From: Ranitomeya imitator
Taxonomy: Eukaryota
NCBI RefSeq assembly: GCF_032444005.1
Contig: NC_091290.1
Coordinates: 7,502,001 to 7,566,000, forward strand
DNA length: 64,000 bases
Direction: 5' to 3'
Positions within the stretch are counted from its first letter, which is position 1; every line of letters starts with the position of its first letter. The translations under genes and the position numbers were made by a program. This document shows positions 48,501 to 59,186 of the stretch, one piece after another. The notes under the pieces are model-generated. The model was not told the origin of the DNA. It saw only the letters and a list, made by a program, of their open reading frames with translations, and made no database searches.

Positions 48501-51500
48501 CCCCTGGATGTGGCCTCACCTTTTTTGGTGGGAGGGAGTCCCCTGGATGTGGCCTCACCTTTTTTTGGGGAGGAGGTCCCCTGGATGTGGCGTCACCTTT
48601 TTTTGAGGAGGAGGTCCCCTGGATGTGGCCTCACTACCCTCCACCCCTTTTGGAAGGAGCCCCCTGGAAGACCCTCTCCCCACCCTTATGGGAGGGGTCC
48701 CCTTGTTCGCCCTCCCCCTTTTGGCAGGGGTCCCCTTGATGTGGCCTCACCTTTTTTGGGAGGGGCCCCTGGACATGGCCAACCTTCCCCCACCCCCTTT
48801 TGGGAGGAGCCCCCTCCCCACCCTTATGGGAGGGCTCCCCTTGTTACGGGACTTCCCCCTTATAGGAGAGGTCCCTTAAAGTGCCCCCACCCTTGGAATC
48901 AGGTTCTCTTTATTAAAGGGGTCCTCTTTATAGGAGGGGTTCGCCAGCGCTTTGAAAACTTCCTAAATCTTTCCTCTGAGTGACAGCTGTTGTACCAGGA
49001 GGTCTGTGAAGCCGTGTCCTGGGCCGGGGGAGATGTCAGAGGGTCTTCAATACTCCGAGCCTGGGACCCTTGTGATCGTGGCTCATGGTGGATCATAACT
49101 TGTCCTCCGTGGTAATGTTATGACCGTGAGCAATAACTTGAGTCTTTTAGGGTTTTCCAGCCGCATAGACGCGAGTGTCTCATTAATAACAGGGGCCGGA
49201 GCAAACCCAAAATATATCTGGCTCCAAAAAAAAAAAGTTTTGCCTTTTTTTTTTTTTCTCTGGTTTTGTTTCCTCGACCAATTAATGGATTTTCTTTTTC
49301 CCTCCCTCAGTGCTATCAGCATCAGAATCAGATGGAGGTAAGATTTATACTTTCCCCAAGGCGTTTGTATGTGGGGTTTAATTAAAGGGATTGACCTCGC
49401 CATTCAGGGCCCTCGTCTGCCAACGCAGAGGGCAGGCCGCCTCTCTGGAGGGCTCGTCCGTACATTGGGCGTCCATGTATTTCGGCACAGAACACGCACT
49501 TAGCACCAAGTCTCTTCCCCGGATATCGGGGTCCAGTCAGCGGGACCCTCTGACAGCAGCTTGTCATCAGGGGACACTCTTTATTTGAAGCCATTATTAA
49601 TGTTCCAGCATTTTTGGGCTGATGAATATTTATAAAGACATTTTACATCTTTATTCGTCATCTAGGATGAAGCGAGTAAAGAAAAAGAAAACCCGTCCCT
49701 GGATTACGTTATTAAAGAGGTAAGCGCCCCGTTCTCCTCCTAGCTGCCGCATTGCCAGGAGAGCGTGCGATGTCACATGATTTCTGTGTTGTAGACCACC
49801 CAGGAGATGGTGGCCCGCTCTGCTGCTACGGTCATCACTCACCCCTTCCACGGTAAGTCGCACTTATGGATCGTACCCACTAACCCCGTCACCGGGTCTT
49901 CAGTGTGGATCTTCGCATTTCCCCCATGCAATATGGGAGATCATATTCATTACCTGCTGCCTCCGACTGACCGTCGCCTATTTCTGATTCTCTTTATTTG
50001 CAGTGATAACGCTACGGTGTATGGTGCAGTTCATTGGAAGAGAGACCAAATATGAGTACGTGTCGTCCATAGTGCCACAAATCACATCCATCCTCCATGT
50101 CCGCCGGCAGAGTTACCCTGTGTAATATATAGACATGCGATGACTTTGGCGCATCTCCACACATTTGTGTAGTTTACACCACCTATTAGTGAGCGCTTAA
50201 TGTTGGCGCGCAGCATTACATATATAGGCCAGAAGTGTGTGAAATGCGCAGCATAAAGTCGTCTTGTGTGCTCGGATTAGTAAACCTTTCCGGTGGCTGT
50301 ATCTGTGTAAACCTCGCCTGTCACTGTATCTGTGTAAACTTCACCTGTGACTATCTGTGTAAACCTCGCCTGTCACTGTATCTGTGTAAACTTCACCTGT
50401 GACTATCTGTGTAAACCTCGCCTGTGACTATATCTGTGTAAACCTCGCCTGTGACTGTATCTGTGTAAACTTCACCTGTGACTATCTGTGTAAACCTCGC
50501 CTGTGACTGTATCTGTGTAAACTTCACCTGTGACTATCTGTGTAAACCTCGCCTGTGACTGTATCTGTGTAAACTTCACCTGTGACTATCTGTGTAAACC
50601 TCGCCTGTGTCTGTGTAAACTTCACCTGTGGTTGTATCTGTGTAAACCTAGCCTGTGACTGTATCTGTGTAAACTTCACCTGTGACTATATCTGTGTAAA
50701 CCTCGCCTGTGACTGTATCTGTGTAAACCTCGCCTGTGACTATCTGTGTAAACCTCGCCTGTGACTGTATCTGTGTAAACTTCACCTGTGACTGTATCTG
50801 TGTAAACTTCACCTGTGACTATCTGTGTAAACCTCGCCTGTGACTGTATCTGTGTAAACTTCACCTGTGACTATCTGTGTAAACCTCGCCTGTGTCTGTG
50901 TAAACTTCACCTGTGGTTGTATCTGTGTAAACCTAGCCTGTGACTGTATCTGTGTAAACTTCACCTGTGACTATCTGTGTAAACCTCGCCTGTGTCTGTG
51001 TAAACTTCACCTGTGACTATATCTGTGTAAACCTCGCCTGTGACTGTATCTGTGTAAACCTCGCCTGTGACTATCTGTGTAAACCTCGCCTGTGACTGTA
51101 TCTGTGTAAACTTCACCTGTGACTATCTGTGTAAACCTCACCTGTGACTGTATCTGTGTAAACTTCACCTGTTACTATATCTGTGTAAACCTCGCCTGTG
51201 ACTATATCTGTGTAAACCTCGCCTGTGACTATATCTGTGTAAACCTCACCTGTGACTGTATCTGTGTAAACTTCACCTGTGACTATCTGTGTAAACCTCA
51301 CCTGTGTCTGTGTAAACTTCAGCTGTGGTTGTATCTGTGTAAACCTCGCCTGTGAATGTATCTGTGTAAACCTCGCCTGTGACTGTATCTGTGTAAACCT
51401 CGCCTGTGACTGTATCTGTGTAAACTTCACCTGTGACTATCTGTGTAACCTCGCCTGTGTCTGTGTAAACTTCACCTGTGGTTGTATCTGTGTAAACCTT

Positions 51501-53381
51501 GTCTGTGACTGTATCTGTGTAAACCTCGCCTGTGACTATATCTGTGTAAACCTCGCCTGTGACTATATCTGTGTAAACCTCGCCTGTGACTATATCTGTG
51601 TAAACCTCGCCTGTGACTATATCTGTGTAAACCTCACCTGTGACTGTATCTGTGTAAACCTCGCCTGTGTCTGTGTAAACTTCAGCTGTGGTTGTATCTG
51701 TGTAAACCTCGCCTGTGAATGTATCTGTGTAAACCTCGCCTGTGACTGTATCTGTGTAAACCTTGCCTGTGTCTGTGTAAACTTCACCTGTGGTTGTATC
51801 TGTGTAAACCTCGTCTGTGACTGTATCTGTGTAAACCTCGCCTGTGACTGTATCTGTGTAAACCTCGCCTGTGACTGTATCTGTGTAAACCTCGCCTGCG
51901 ACTTTCTGTGTAATCCTGGATTGTCTGACACGGGCTTCTGCTCTTTTTCAGCGGGGTGTTTGGCTCCATTGTGACGATATACAGAGAAGAAGGAGTTTTG
52001 GGATTTTTTGCGTAAGTTCTTCTCTCATCGTGTCCGTGTATGTTGTCCACCACCACCGGCCGGGATTGTGTGTACCAACAAGTAGAATGCAAAATTCAGG
52101 ATACTTAAGCTCTGCCGTCGGTACATTCATGATAAGAAAATAATGGTGGCCTCATTAACAGAAAAGGGAAGTTTATCGGCACAACCAGCCAGGGTGCAGT
52201 AAAATTAATTCTTTATTGGAAAAAAAATGATTAAAAATATAAAAATGAAAATCTCCCGACCTGACGCATGTGAGCGGGAGCTTCGATCTACCCGCGCACT
52301 ATAGTACCAGAAACGCGGCAGGTCCTGAGGATTTTATTTTTATGTTGTTACTCAGTTTTTTCTAATAATTTGGCTCCATCCTGGACGGTTGTGCCGTGAA
52401 CTTCCCTTTTCTGCTCTCGCGCCTGTGATCACCAGTGGGTGCGGCGCCCTCTCCTGGCTGATATTCATCCCTCTCCCTCCTCTTCCTCCTAATGGCGGCG
52501 GGCACACCGGCCGGGTACGTCTAGCTGCTCAGTGGTAGAGGAGATGTCTGTACTTTCAGGGACGCTGCTTCTGGTTGTGGTCTTGTGAAAGCCCACCCTG
52601 TCTAGGGTCCGACTCCAGGACTGCTGATACTTAAGGTGTCGTAGATGGAAGCCCGGACTGGCGAGGGCGGCGCAGTGATTTGCCCGGGCTTTGCAGCAGG
52701 GAATTATTATCCACAGACTTCCGCAGCCCCGTGGAAATCTTTTTGCCATTTTCACCCAAAGTTTTCAAACCCTGATATTGTTGGCTATTTTCCCCGCCGT
52801 TGTACTCATGTCAGGCGCAGACTTCCTGCCACTGGGAGATTTGGGAATTGCACTATAAGCAGTTTCCTTGGAACATCAGATCCCTGCTGCCGAGGGGTGG
52901 AGGGAGAACGTCAGAAGAAGTAGTGCTGATGGAGGCAGTCAGCATGCCTGTGCGATGGTTGGTGAGGGGCCGCGCTCAGACAGCACCGATACTAAACGTC
53001 TTCTCTTCCTTCCAGGGGTCTGATGCCCCGGCTACTCGGGGATGTGCTGTCCCTATGGATCTGCAACATGGTGGCCTTCCTGATCAACAAGTACACCCTG
53101 GAGAATCAGGTAATGTAATATCCCCTCCACAAGGCCCAGCGGGCGCTAAGATTTCTGCAGCCGTGTAGTATTTTATATTGCATTGCCTGTATGAGCCGGG
53201 CTGCACACGGACGGTGCATGTAGGGAGCTCACGCCATGCACGGTGGGCGCCGGCGGTATCCATGCAGCCTAGATGGGGCCGTTTTATCGAGTTTGGTATA
53301 ATTGTGTGATGACTAATGTTCATTTGTTCTTTTTTCTAGGCGGTGGGTGAGATGAAAAGCTACTCTCAGGCTGTGACCGGG
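36517..53381 (+). CDS. MTCH2: Mitochondrial carrier homolog 2, exons 1-10 (remaining exons beyond the window)
   Basis: Exons 36517-36603 ([29 protein letters not shown]), 47388-47472, 47765-47871, 49311-49337, 49666-49719, 49795-49852, 50004-50055, 51952-52011, 53016-53109, 53340-53381 ([11 protein letters not shown]); all GT-AG and phase-consistent, matching remembered human MTCH2. Confidence 0.97.
36724..36890. repeat. 22-bp minisatellite
   Basis: CTGTGCCCGGTGTACTGGAGCC about 7 times. Confidence 0.9.
37040..38400 (+). mobile_element. Decayed Penelope-like element relic (pseudo-LTR-like repeats with hammerhead-like motifs)
   Basis: Direct repeat TCACTCACATTT..GGGTATTTCTGC at 37050 and 37609; hammerhead-like cores at 37395-37430 and 38311-38350; no RT ORF recognised. 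Confidence 0.4.
38311..38350 (+). ncRNA. Degenerate minimal type I hammerhead ribozyme motif
   Basis: CTC-[CTGATGA]-A-GCC..GGC-[GAAA]-CGTGT-GAG: core, stem I (CTC/GAG) and stem II (GCC/GGC) present; the cleavage-site nucleotide appears to be missing. Confidence 0.5.
39500..39799. repeat. ~40-bp minisatellite, left part (split by the L2 insertion)
   Basis: TGGGCCGTGCATCTAATCCCATCATGTGTGTCATGG-like units. Confidence 0.9.
39800..42117 (+). mobile_element. 5'-truncated L2/CR1-clade LINE
   Basis: RT ORF 40105-41532 ([43 protein letters not shown]); stop near 39913 and frameshift near 41320; 3' end GTAAAGCGCTG..AAATAAAA(TTA)n; probable TSD ATCATGT 39793-39799 / 42118-42124. Confidence 0.92.
42118..43170. 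repeat. 40-bp minisatellite, right part
   Basis: TGGGCCGTGCATCTAATCCCATCATGTGCGTCATGGTCTG about 26 times. Confidence 0.95.
43392..43397 (-). terminator. Polyadenylation signal of the nested sPLA2 gene
   Basis: TTTATT on + strand, about 80 nt beyond the TGA at 43476-43478. Confidence 0.7.
43476..44102 (-). CDS. Secreted phospholipase A2, group X-like (I/II/V/X family), single-exon CDS, nested antisense in MTCH2 intron 1
   Basis: 208 aa: signal peptide [13 protein letters not shown], propeptide ending RQRR, mature N-terminus [11 protein letters not shown], Ca loop YGCYCGTGG, active site [16 protein letters not shown], 16 Cys in the mature core; acceptor TGTCTCCGCAG| at 44124 upstream of the ATG; polyA signal downstream. 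Confidence 0.93.
   Translation of the reverse strand: MSKLLLLLLVCVCYLQHWTSCSGAPARQRRGVLDLVVTLWCYRERLKVPLLGINLYGCYCGTGGAGAAVDDVDRCCLRHDCCYRYSRLDLRCHGKVKWQLYQFSCGPARTQCRSSTLCGRMACECDKQFAECLTTAKPKRRHFFYNKKDMCVGPHDVCPELHPNLTAISQRIQNPPELGPAKSRNKRWRKKGAKGETRNDVGRSALWI
44412..45527. repeat. ~49-51-bp minisatellite with variable poly-C
   Basis: GGGGGACAGAGACCCGTC(C)nTTCCCCCGCACACACAGTCTGCAGA about 22 times. Confidence 0.95.
45655..46816. repeat. 60-62-bp minisatellite
   Basis: CTGCTCGTCTGTCCATACACCCTCCTTATAACACCGTATAATAGCTCCGCACCTGTGTGTCA about 19 times. Confidence 0.95.
46813..46879 (-). promoter_or_regulatory. Candidate TATA promoter and non-coding exon 1 of the nested sPLA2
   Basis: Minus-strand TATATAAA 46879-46872, CA initiator about 30 nt downstream (46850), ATG-free 38 nt, donor CGCAG|GTGCGG at 46812; CpG-rich surroundings. 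Confidence 0.45.
48163..48760. repeat. ~38-40-bp minisatellite
   Basis: GGTCCCCTGGATGTGGCCTCACC(T)nGGGAGGG units, degenerating 3'. Confidence 0.9.
50298..51905. repeat. 25-27-bp minisatellite (MTCH2 intron 7)
   Basis: TGTATCTGTGTAAACCTCGCCTGTGAC variants about 60 times. Confidence 0.95.
52159..52413. repeat. Imperfect long inverted repeat (~100-bp arms, ~55-bp spacer)
   Basis: CAGAAAAGGGAAGTTTATCGGCACAACC...GACCTG versus CAGGTC...GGTTGTGCCGTGAACTTCCCTTTTCTG. Confidence 0.75.
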
Positions 53382-53504
53382 GTGAGTGTAGTGCTGGTGT
53401 GCACCACGAGGCGGAGCTCTTCGTCTTGAGATCTCGCTATCGCGGAGCTTTATAGTGACGGCGTATTACCGATCTTCACCGCTACGGTTCCATATATATA
53501 TGAT

Positions 53505-53613
53505 AAGGCGCCGTGTGGAGCGCTTTATATCCTGAGCTTATACATCGCTAAGGCCGTGTGGAGCGCTATATATCCTGAGCTTATACATCGCTAAGGCCGT
53601 GTGGAGCGATATA
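53505..53613. repeat. 43-bp tandem repeat (2.5 copies), cut by the Tc1 insertion
   Basis: CCGTGTGGAGCG at 53511, 53554, 53597; the third unit ends at the TA preceding CAGTG. Confidence 0.8.
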
Positions 53614-54446
53614 CAGTGGGTACGGAAAGTATTCAGACCCCTTTAAATTTTTCACTCTTTGTTTCATTGCAGCCATTTGGTAAATTCAAAAAAGTTCATT
53701 ATTTTCTCATTAATGTGCACTCTGCACCCCATCTTGACTGAAAAAAAAAACAAATGTAGAATTTGTTTTTGCAAATTTAATAAAAAAGAAAAACTGACAT
53801 CACATGGTCATACATCTTCAGCCCCTTTGCTCAGACTCTCATATGTAAGTCACATGCTGTCCATTTCTTTGTGATCCTCCTTGAGATGGTTCTTCTCCTT
53901 CATTGGAGTCAGCTGTGTGTAATTACACTGATAGGACTTGATTTGGAGCGGCGCTCACCTGTCTATATAAGACCTCACAGCTCACAGTGCATGTCAGACC
54001 AAATGAGAATCATGAGGCCAAAGGAACTGGCCAAGGAGCTCAGAGACAGAATTGTGGCACAGATCTGGCCAAGGGTACAACAGAATTTCTGCAGGACTCA
54101 AGGTTCCTAAGAGCACAGTGGCCTCCATAATCCTTACATGGAAAAAGATTGGGAGCAGCAGAAGTCTTCCTAGACCTGGCCGTCCAGCCAAACGGAGCAA
54201 TCGTGGGAGAAGAGCCTTGGTGAGAGGTAAAGAAGAACCTCAAGATCACTGTGGCTGAGCTCCAGAGGTGCAGTAGGGAGAAAGTTCCACAAAGTCACCT
54301 ATCACTGCAGCCTCCACCAGTCAGACCTTTATGGCAGAGCGGCCCGACGGAAGCCTCTCCTCAGTGCAAGACATATGGAAGCCGCATAGAGTTTACTAAA
54401 AACACATGAAGGACTCCCAGACTATGAGAAATAAGATTCTCTGGTC
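53614..54446 (+). mobile_element. Tc1-family transposon, 5' half, frameshifted, interrupted by L1
   Basis: TA|CAGTGGGTACGGAAAGTATTCAGACCCC end; transposase from ATG 54012 (MRPKELAKELRDRIV / HRSGQGYNRISAGLKVPKSTVASII) to ..TMRNKILWS just before the first catalytic Asp. Confidence 0.9.
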
Positions 54447-57400
54447 TTTTCTTTTCAATGTTCTTTTTATTGATTTAAACAGGTTTAAACGTACAATAAC
54501 AGTGTAACAAGATATAACAGGGCAAAGGCCTTGAGTCATACTATACAGACAGGTGGTTAATCTTAAATCGTGTATATATAGACTTGAGAGTGGTTAATAA
54601 TAACGATGGGGAATTACATTCCAGACAGCAACCTCTCAGTGATCAATGTTATCGTAATTCAAAAATTTTGTTAGAAAACATATGGTCTGTCGTTAAGACA
54701 TTGGTTATAACTTGTCCTAGATGCAGACAAGGAGTATTCCTAAAAGAATACCTAACAATAGAAAAGTAGAGATGACCGGAAAAGGGGGGGTTAGCGGGTG
54801 AAAAGAGAAGAAGGTGGTATAGATTAGGAAGGAAAGGGGGGGGACACTCCACATCAATCTCGGATGGTCCTCAATTTGAGTCTTCAGATTCTATATATCG
54901 GTGAGCTCTATATAGGGTCCATGGACGCCACTGTTCTGTAAATTTTGCCCGTGAGTGGTGAACTGAAGCAACTAGTTCGGCCATGCGATATAGTTGATCT
55001 ATTTTCGCTAATAACTGGGAATGTGAGGGTACGTTCGGTGAGTTCCAGTATAACAGAATCAGTAGTTTAGCAGCAGCTATGATATTGCTGATGAGAGTGG
55101 ATAAGCAGGTATACTCGGACCCTGTAGGGAGATTTAATAGAGCAGTTTCGGGTGTCAGCTTCAGTGTTTTCGTCGTAACTTCCTGAATGGTCTTCTCCAC
55201 TGATGACCAAAAGATTTTTATCATTGGACATGACCACCATAGATGCATGTAGTCTCCGGTCCCTCTCCCACATCTACAGCACGTGGTTGGGGTATCTGCC
55301 CTCCAGGTCCTAATTTGTGTCTGCGATATATACCATCTTGAGATTATTTTGTAGGAGTTTTCCTGAGTTTTCACACGTCTTGTAGGACCATGTGAATGTT
55401 TATAAATGTGTTGCACTTGAGCCGTGGAAAGCAGATAGCCCAGATCCTTTTCCCATTTTGTTATGTAAGCTCTTTTTAAACATAGGTTTTCGGTTAAGAG
55501 TGAGTGGTATATTGTGGAGAGTATTTTTGAAGGTCTAGATGTTCTAATGCATAAGGTTTCAAAAGGAGTAAGATTTTGCGTGGAGTCTGGGTTATAACGC
55601 AGTTGTCTCAGTGAATTTTTGAGAGAGGAGTATTGTATAAAGTTGAGATTTGCTAGGCCTGGAAGCTTTCTGATTTCCGTTAGTGGGAGGAGTACACCGT
55701 CCAACATTAATCTATCTATAGGTATATCAAATCCCTGTTGTCCGAGAACATCTCTTTTGGTTGTTATGAGTGTGTGTGGTAAGACGTCTGCAAGTGAAAG
55801 TAGTGGGGATGAAGGAGGAAGAAGAATGTTGTAAGTTTTTGGCCCAGATTCTAATAAGTGATTGGGTAAGCGGGTTACAGGACTTAGGTGGCGGCTGCGC
55901 CTTAGTATAAGACAGTAGAAGTGGTCTAAGGGGTAGAGGAGAGAGTCTCCCCTCCACCACCAGCCACTGTTTGTTCCGAGTGTCTCGGATTAAGTCAACT
56001 GCTCGCGATAATACTGCGGCATAATAATATTTTCTTATGTCTGGAGCACCCATGCCACCATCGGGTCTGGATAGCGTTAATGTGCGGTAACTAATTCGCG
56101 GTTTAATATTTTTCCACATATATTGGAGAAATAAAGAGTTTATTTTAGCTAGATAGGAGTCTGGGATGTGTATAGGGAGCATTTGAAATAAATAAATAAA
56201 TTTAGGTAGTATTATACTTTTAAGGAGATTTTTCCTCCCTGTCCATGAGAAGTATTGGTCTCTCCAGGATTTAATAGTAGATTTCACCCTATCGAGTAAA
56301 GGGTAGAAGTTAAGCGCAACTAATTTTTTATGGTTCCTGCATATTTTAATTCCGAGGTACGTAATGAATTGTTTAGGCCATGAGTAGGGATACAGCTCCT
56401 TTAGTTTAGCCAGAGTATGTGAGGGGACATTGAGGTCTAGCGCTTCCGATTTTGATAAGTTTACTTTGAAATTAGTAAGGGAGCTATATTCCTCCAAGAC
56501 CCTCGTCAGGGCAGGGAGACTTCTGAGCGGTCTCGTCATCAGTATAAGAAGGTCATCGGCAAAGGCAGCCGTTTTGTATTGAGTGTTACCTATTTTGATA
56601 CCTTCAATTTCTGTGTTCTGCTGTATGGCTCTCAGTAAGGGTTCCATCGAGAGCACAAAAAGAATCGGCGACAGGGGGCAGCCTTGACGGGTGCCATTTT
56701 TAATTGTGAATGCATCAGTCAATGAACCATTAATTCTAATTCGGGCCCTGGGGTTTCTATACATTTCCATTATTGATGCAATTAGTTGTTGTGGAAAACC
56801 AAAACCAACCAGGGTCTCTTCTAGGTAGATCCAGTCCACCCTATCAAAGGCTTTCTCTGCATCGGTCCCAAGTAAAACTAGGGGTATTTTTCTTTTCTTA
56901 GCATAGTGCATCAGGTTCAGTATCTTATAAGCGTTGTCCTTTCCCTCTCTGCCCGCAACAAAGCCTGTCTGATTTGTTGTGATCAATTCTGGCAAGAACC
57001 TAGCCACCCTTCGTGCTATCATACTAGCGAATAATTTCAGGTCTACATTTAACAACGAGATTGGCCTGTAGCTGCTGCGCTGTTCTTGATCTTTGCCCCC
57101 TTTGTGTATTGGTGAAATTTTAGCTTCTAACGTTTGTGTAGGGAAGTGATCGCCCTTTAATATTGAATTGCACATGTTTAAGAGGCGCGGGAGGAGCACG
57201 AGAGGGAAGGACTTGTAATATATTGTTGATAGTCCATCAGGACCAGGGGCTTTCCCTGTGGGGGACCCCGACAGGGTGGACTGGAGTTCCTCCATCTGAA
57301 ATGGTTTAACCCTGCTGTTCTGTTCGGTCTGGGGAGACCTATTTTGAACTTTGGTATTTTTTGGGGTGTTCAAGATGCGGTTCTGAAACTTGTGGTTGAT

Positions 57401-58655
57401 TGACTTAAATGAGGATGGGTCGGTCGGCCACGGGTTTCAGAGCCGCATCTTGAATATTTTAAAGAATATTGAAGTTCAAGGTCGGTCATTTTTGACCAAC
57501 AGAACGGCAGGGTTAATCAAAAGGTGTTTTTGAGGGGCTGTCAGCTGGGGTAAATTCAGACGCGTTAGGAAAGTCTTAATATTGTATTTCCGTTCGGATT
57601 TGTCGGGATTGGACTCTTTTGGGCGTAGATTGTAGAGATGTTTATAATAATTTAGGAATTCTGACTCTATTTGCTTATAATTTTGAGTACTATGGCCACT
57701 TGGGGTTTTGATAGAATGTATATAGGTAAACGCTTGCCGTTGTCTGAGCTTTGATAGCGTGAATTTTGTTGCTTTGTCACCATGCACGAACATTTTGGTT
57801 CGCCACGAAGTGTACCATTTCATTGATTTTAAATTTAAAATTTCCTTCAGGCGCTGTCTTTTTTTTTGTTAATTCCTTCAATAGTTGTTGTTCTGTCTGT
57901 TTTTTGTGTCGGGTTTCTAGATCATAAATCTCTTCATATAAGGTGTTTAACTCCTGTTGCCTCTGTTTATTGAGATGCGAGGAGATTGAGATTAGTTCTC
58001 CTCTAATTACAGATTTATGGGCTTCCCATAGCATCGAGGCGGAAATCTCTCCAGTATCGTTTTGTTCAAAGTATTGAATAAGTTTTTTTTCAATGCGAGT
58101 TTTGATATCCGAAGAATTCAGAATGGATTCATTAAGTTGCCATGATCTGTTAATAGAGTAAGGTTTGGTTAGTGTTGTTTGAAACAGCACTATGGAGTGA
58201 TCTGAGTGAACATTAGGGACTATGTTGGCTTTTAATGCGTTTGGTAGTAGCTGTCTAGGCGTAAAAATGTAATCAAGTTGATGGTATGATTTGTGGGGAT
58301 GAGAGTAGTAAGTGTAATCAAGATCCGACGGGTGCAGATACCTCCAGACATCAATTATCTGCATTGACCCAAGTTTTGCTTTTATCCTAATTAAATCTTT
58401 TGTGGAAAGCGTGCTCTTTTTTGTCGTTGTATCTATTAAAGGTTCTAATGCTATATTCAGGTCTCCGCCTATGATAAGAGATCCTTCTCGAAAATCCTCA
58501 ATCTTCTTTAGCAGTGACATTAACCATTTCAGGTTTTTTTTGTTGGGAGCGTATAGGCTACCAATAGTGACTAGATTCCCGGCCAGAAGGCCCTTGACCA
58601 GTACATATCTGCCATTGGGATCTGTTATTAAATTACGAGGTTGAAAAGGCATTCC
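54447..58655 (-). mobile_element. L1-clade LINE ORF2 and 3' UTR (continues at 63979 beyond the DIRS insertion)
   Basis: APE motifs (DPNGRY, GSLIIGGDLN, SDHS), RT motifs (YRPISLLNVD, DAEKAFDRV, GTRQGCPLSP, FADD), C-terminal CCRC..HLWWSC; AATAAA at 54466-54471 with A-rich tail; frameshifts near 57860 and 55830. Confidence 0.93.
57310..57512. mobile_element. 203-bp palindromic piggyBac-like MITE inserted in L1 ORF2
   Basis: TTAA|CCCTG...CAGGG|TTAA (TSD 57306-57309 / 57513-57516); removal restores L1 KHLLIKPFQMEELQ; whole-length hairpin. Confidence 0.9.
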
Positions 58656-59186
58656 TTTCTCGGTCTCCCATGACAGCACTACGGAGAGAGGGGATCCGCC
58701 CTTCAGGGACAGGAAACCTACAGATAAAAGGGCGGTACCTCTCCCTCGCATCAGTTGGTTTCCTGTCCCTGAACAGGGAACCTCTTTCCGGTGGTACCTG
58801 TATGAAGACCGATGGACCGGGCGGTCGAGTACCGGCAGCGAGGAGGCTCCTGCCGCGGCTTGTCCGGCTCCCGAAGCCGCCACCGCTGGAACCGAGGGGT
58901 TCTTCAGGGTGAGCGGAGGGAGAACGCCGCCGATTCTGAGAGAGGAAGGGGCGCTGGATCACCCGGAGCTTCTGTGCCGACAAGCGCACGCTCCGGGTGT
59001 ACTAAGATGGCCGCCGCTCCGGAAATGCGGCAGGACTTCCGGGTCATCGCCGCGCGCATGCGCGGTAGCTTCTCTTCTCCCTGGACGTGACGCAGGACCG
59101 GAAGTGCGGGGGAACGCCGGAGGTGGCGCCAAATACAAATAGGGAGATGGTGCACACACAGTTGTCGCACCATCTCCCTGTAAATC

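Noticed and set aside
51113-51974. Cys-rich ORF resembling metallothionein or keratin-associated protein
   Set aside because: A 25-27-bp tandem repeat within MTCH2 intron 7, with no start context or splice support.
57777-58883. 368-aa ORF as one gene
   Set aside because: A chimera: the N-terminus is the antisense DIRS left end, and only 58655 downward is L1 endonuclease.
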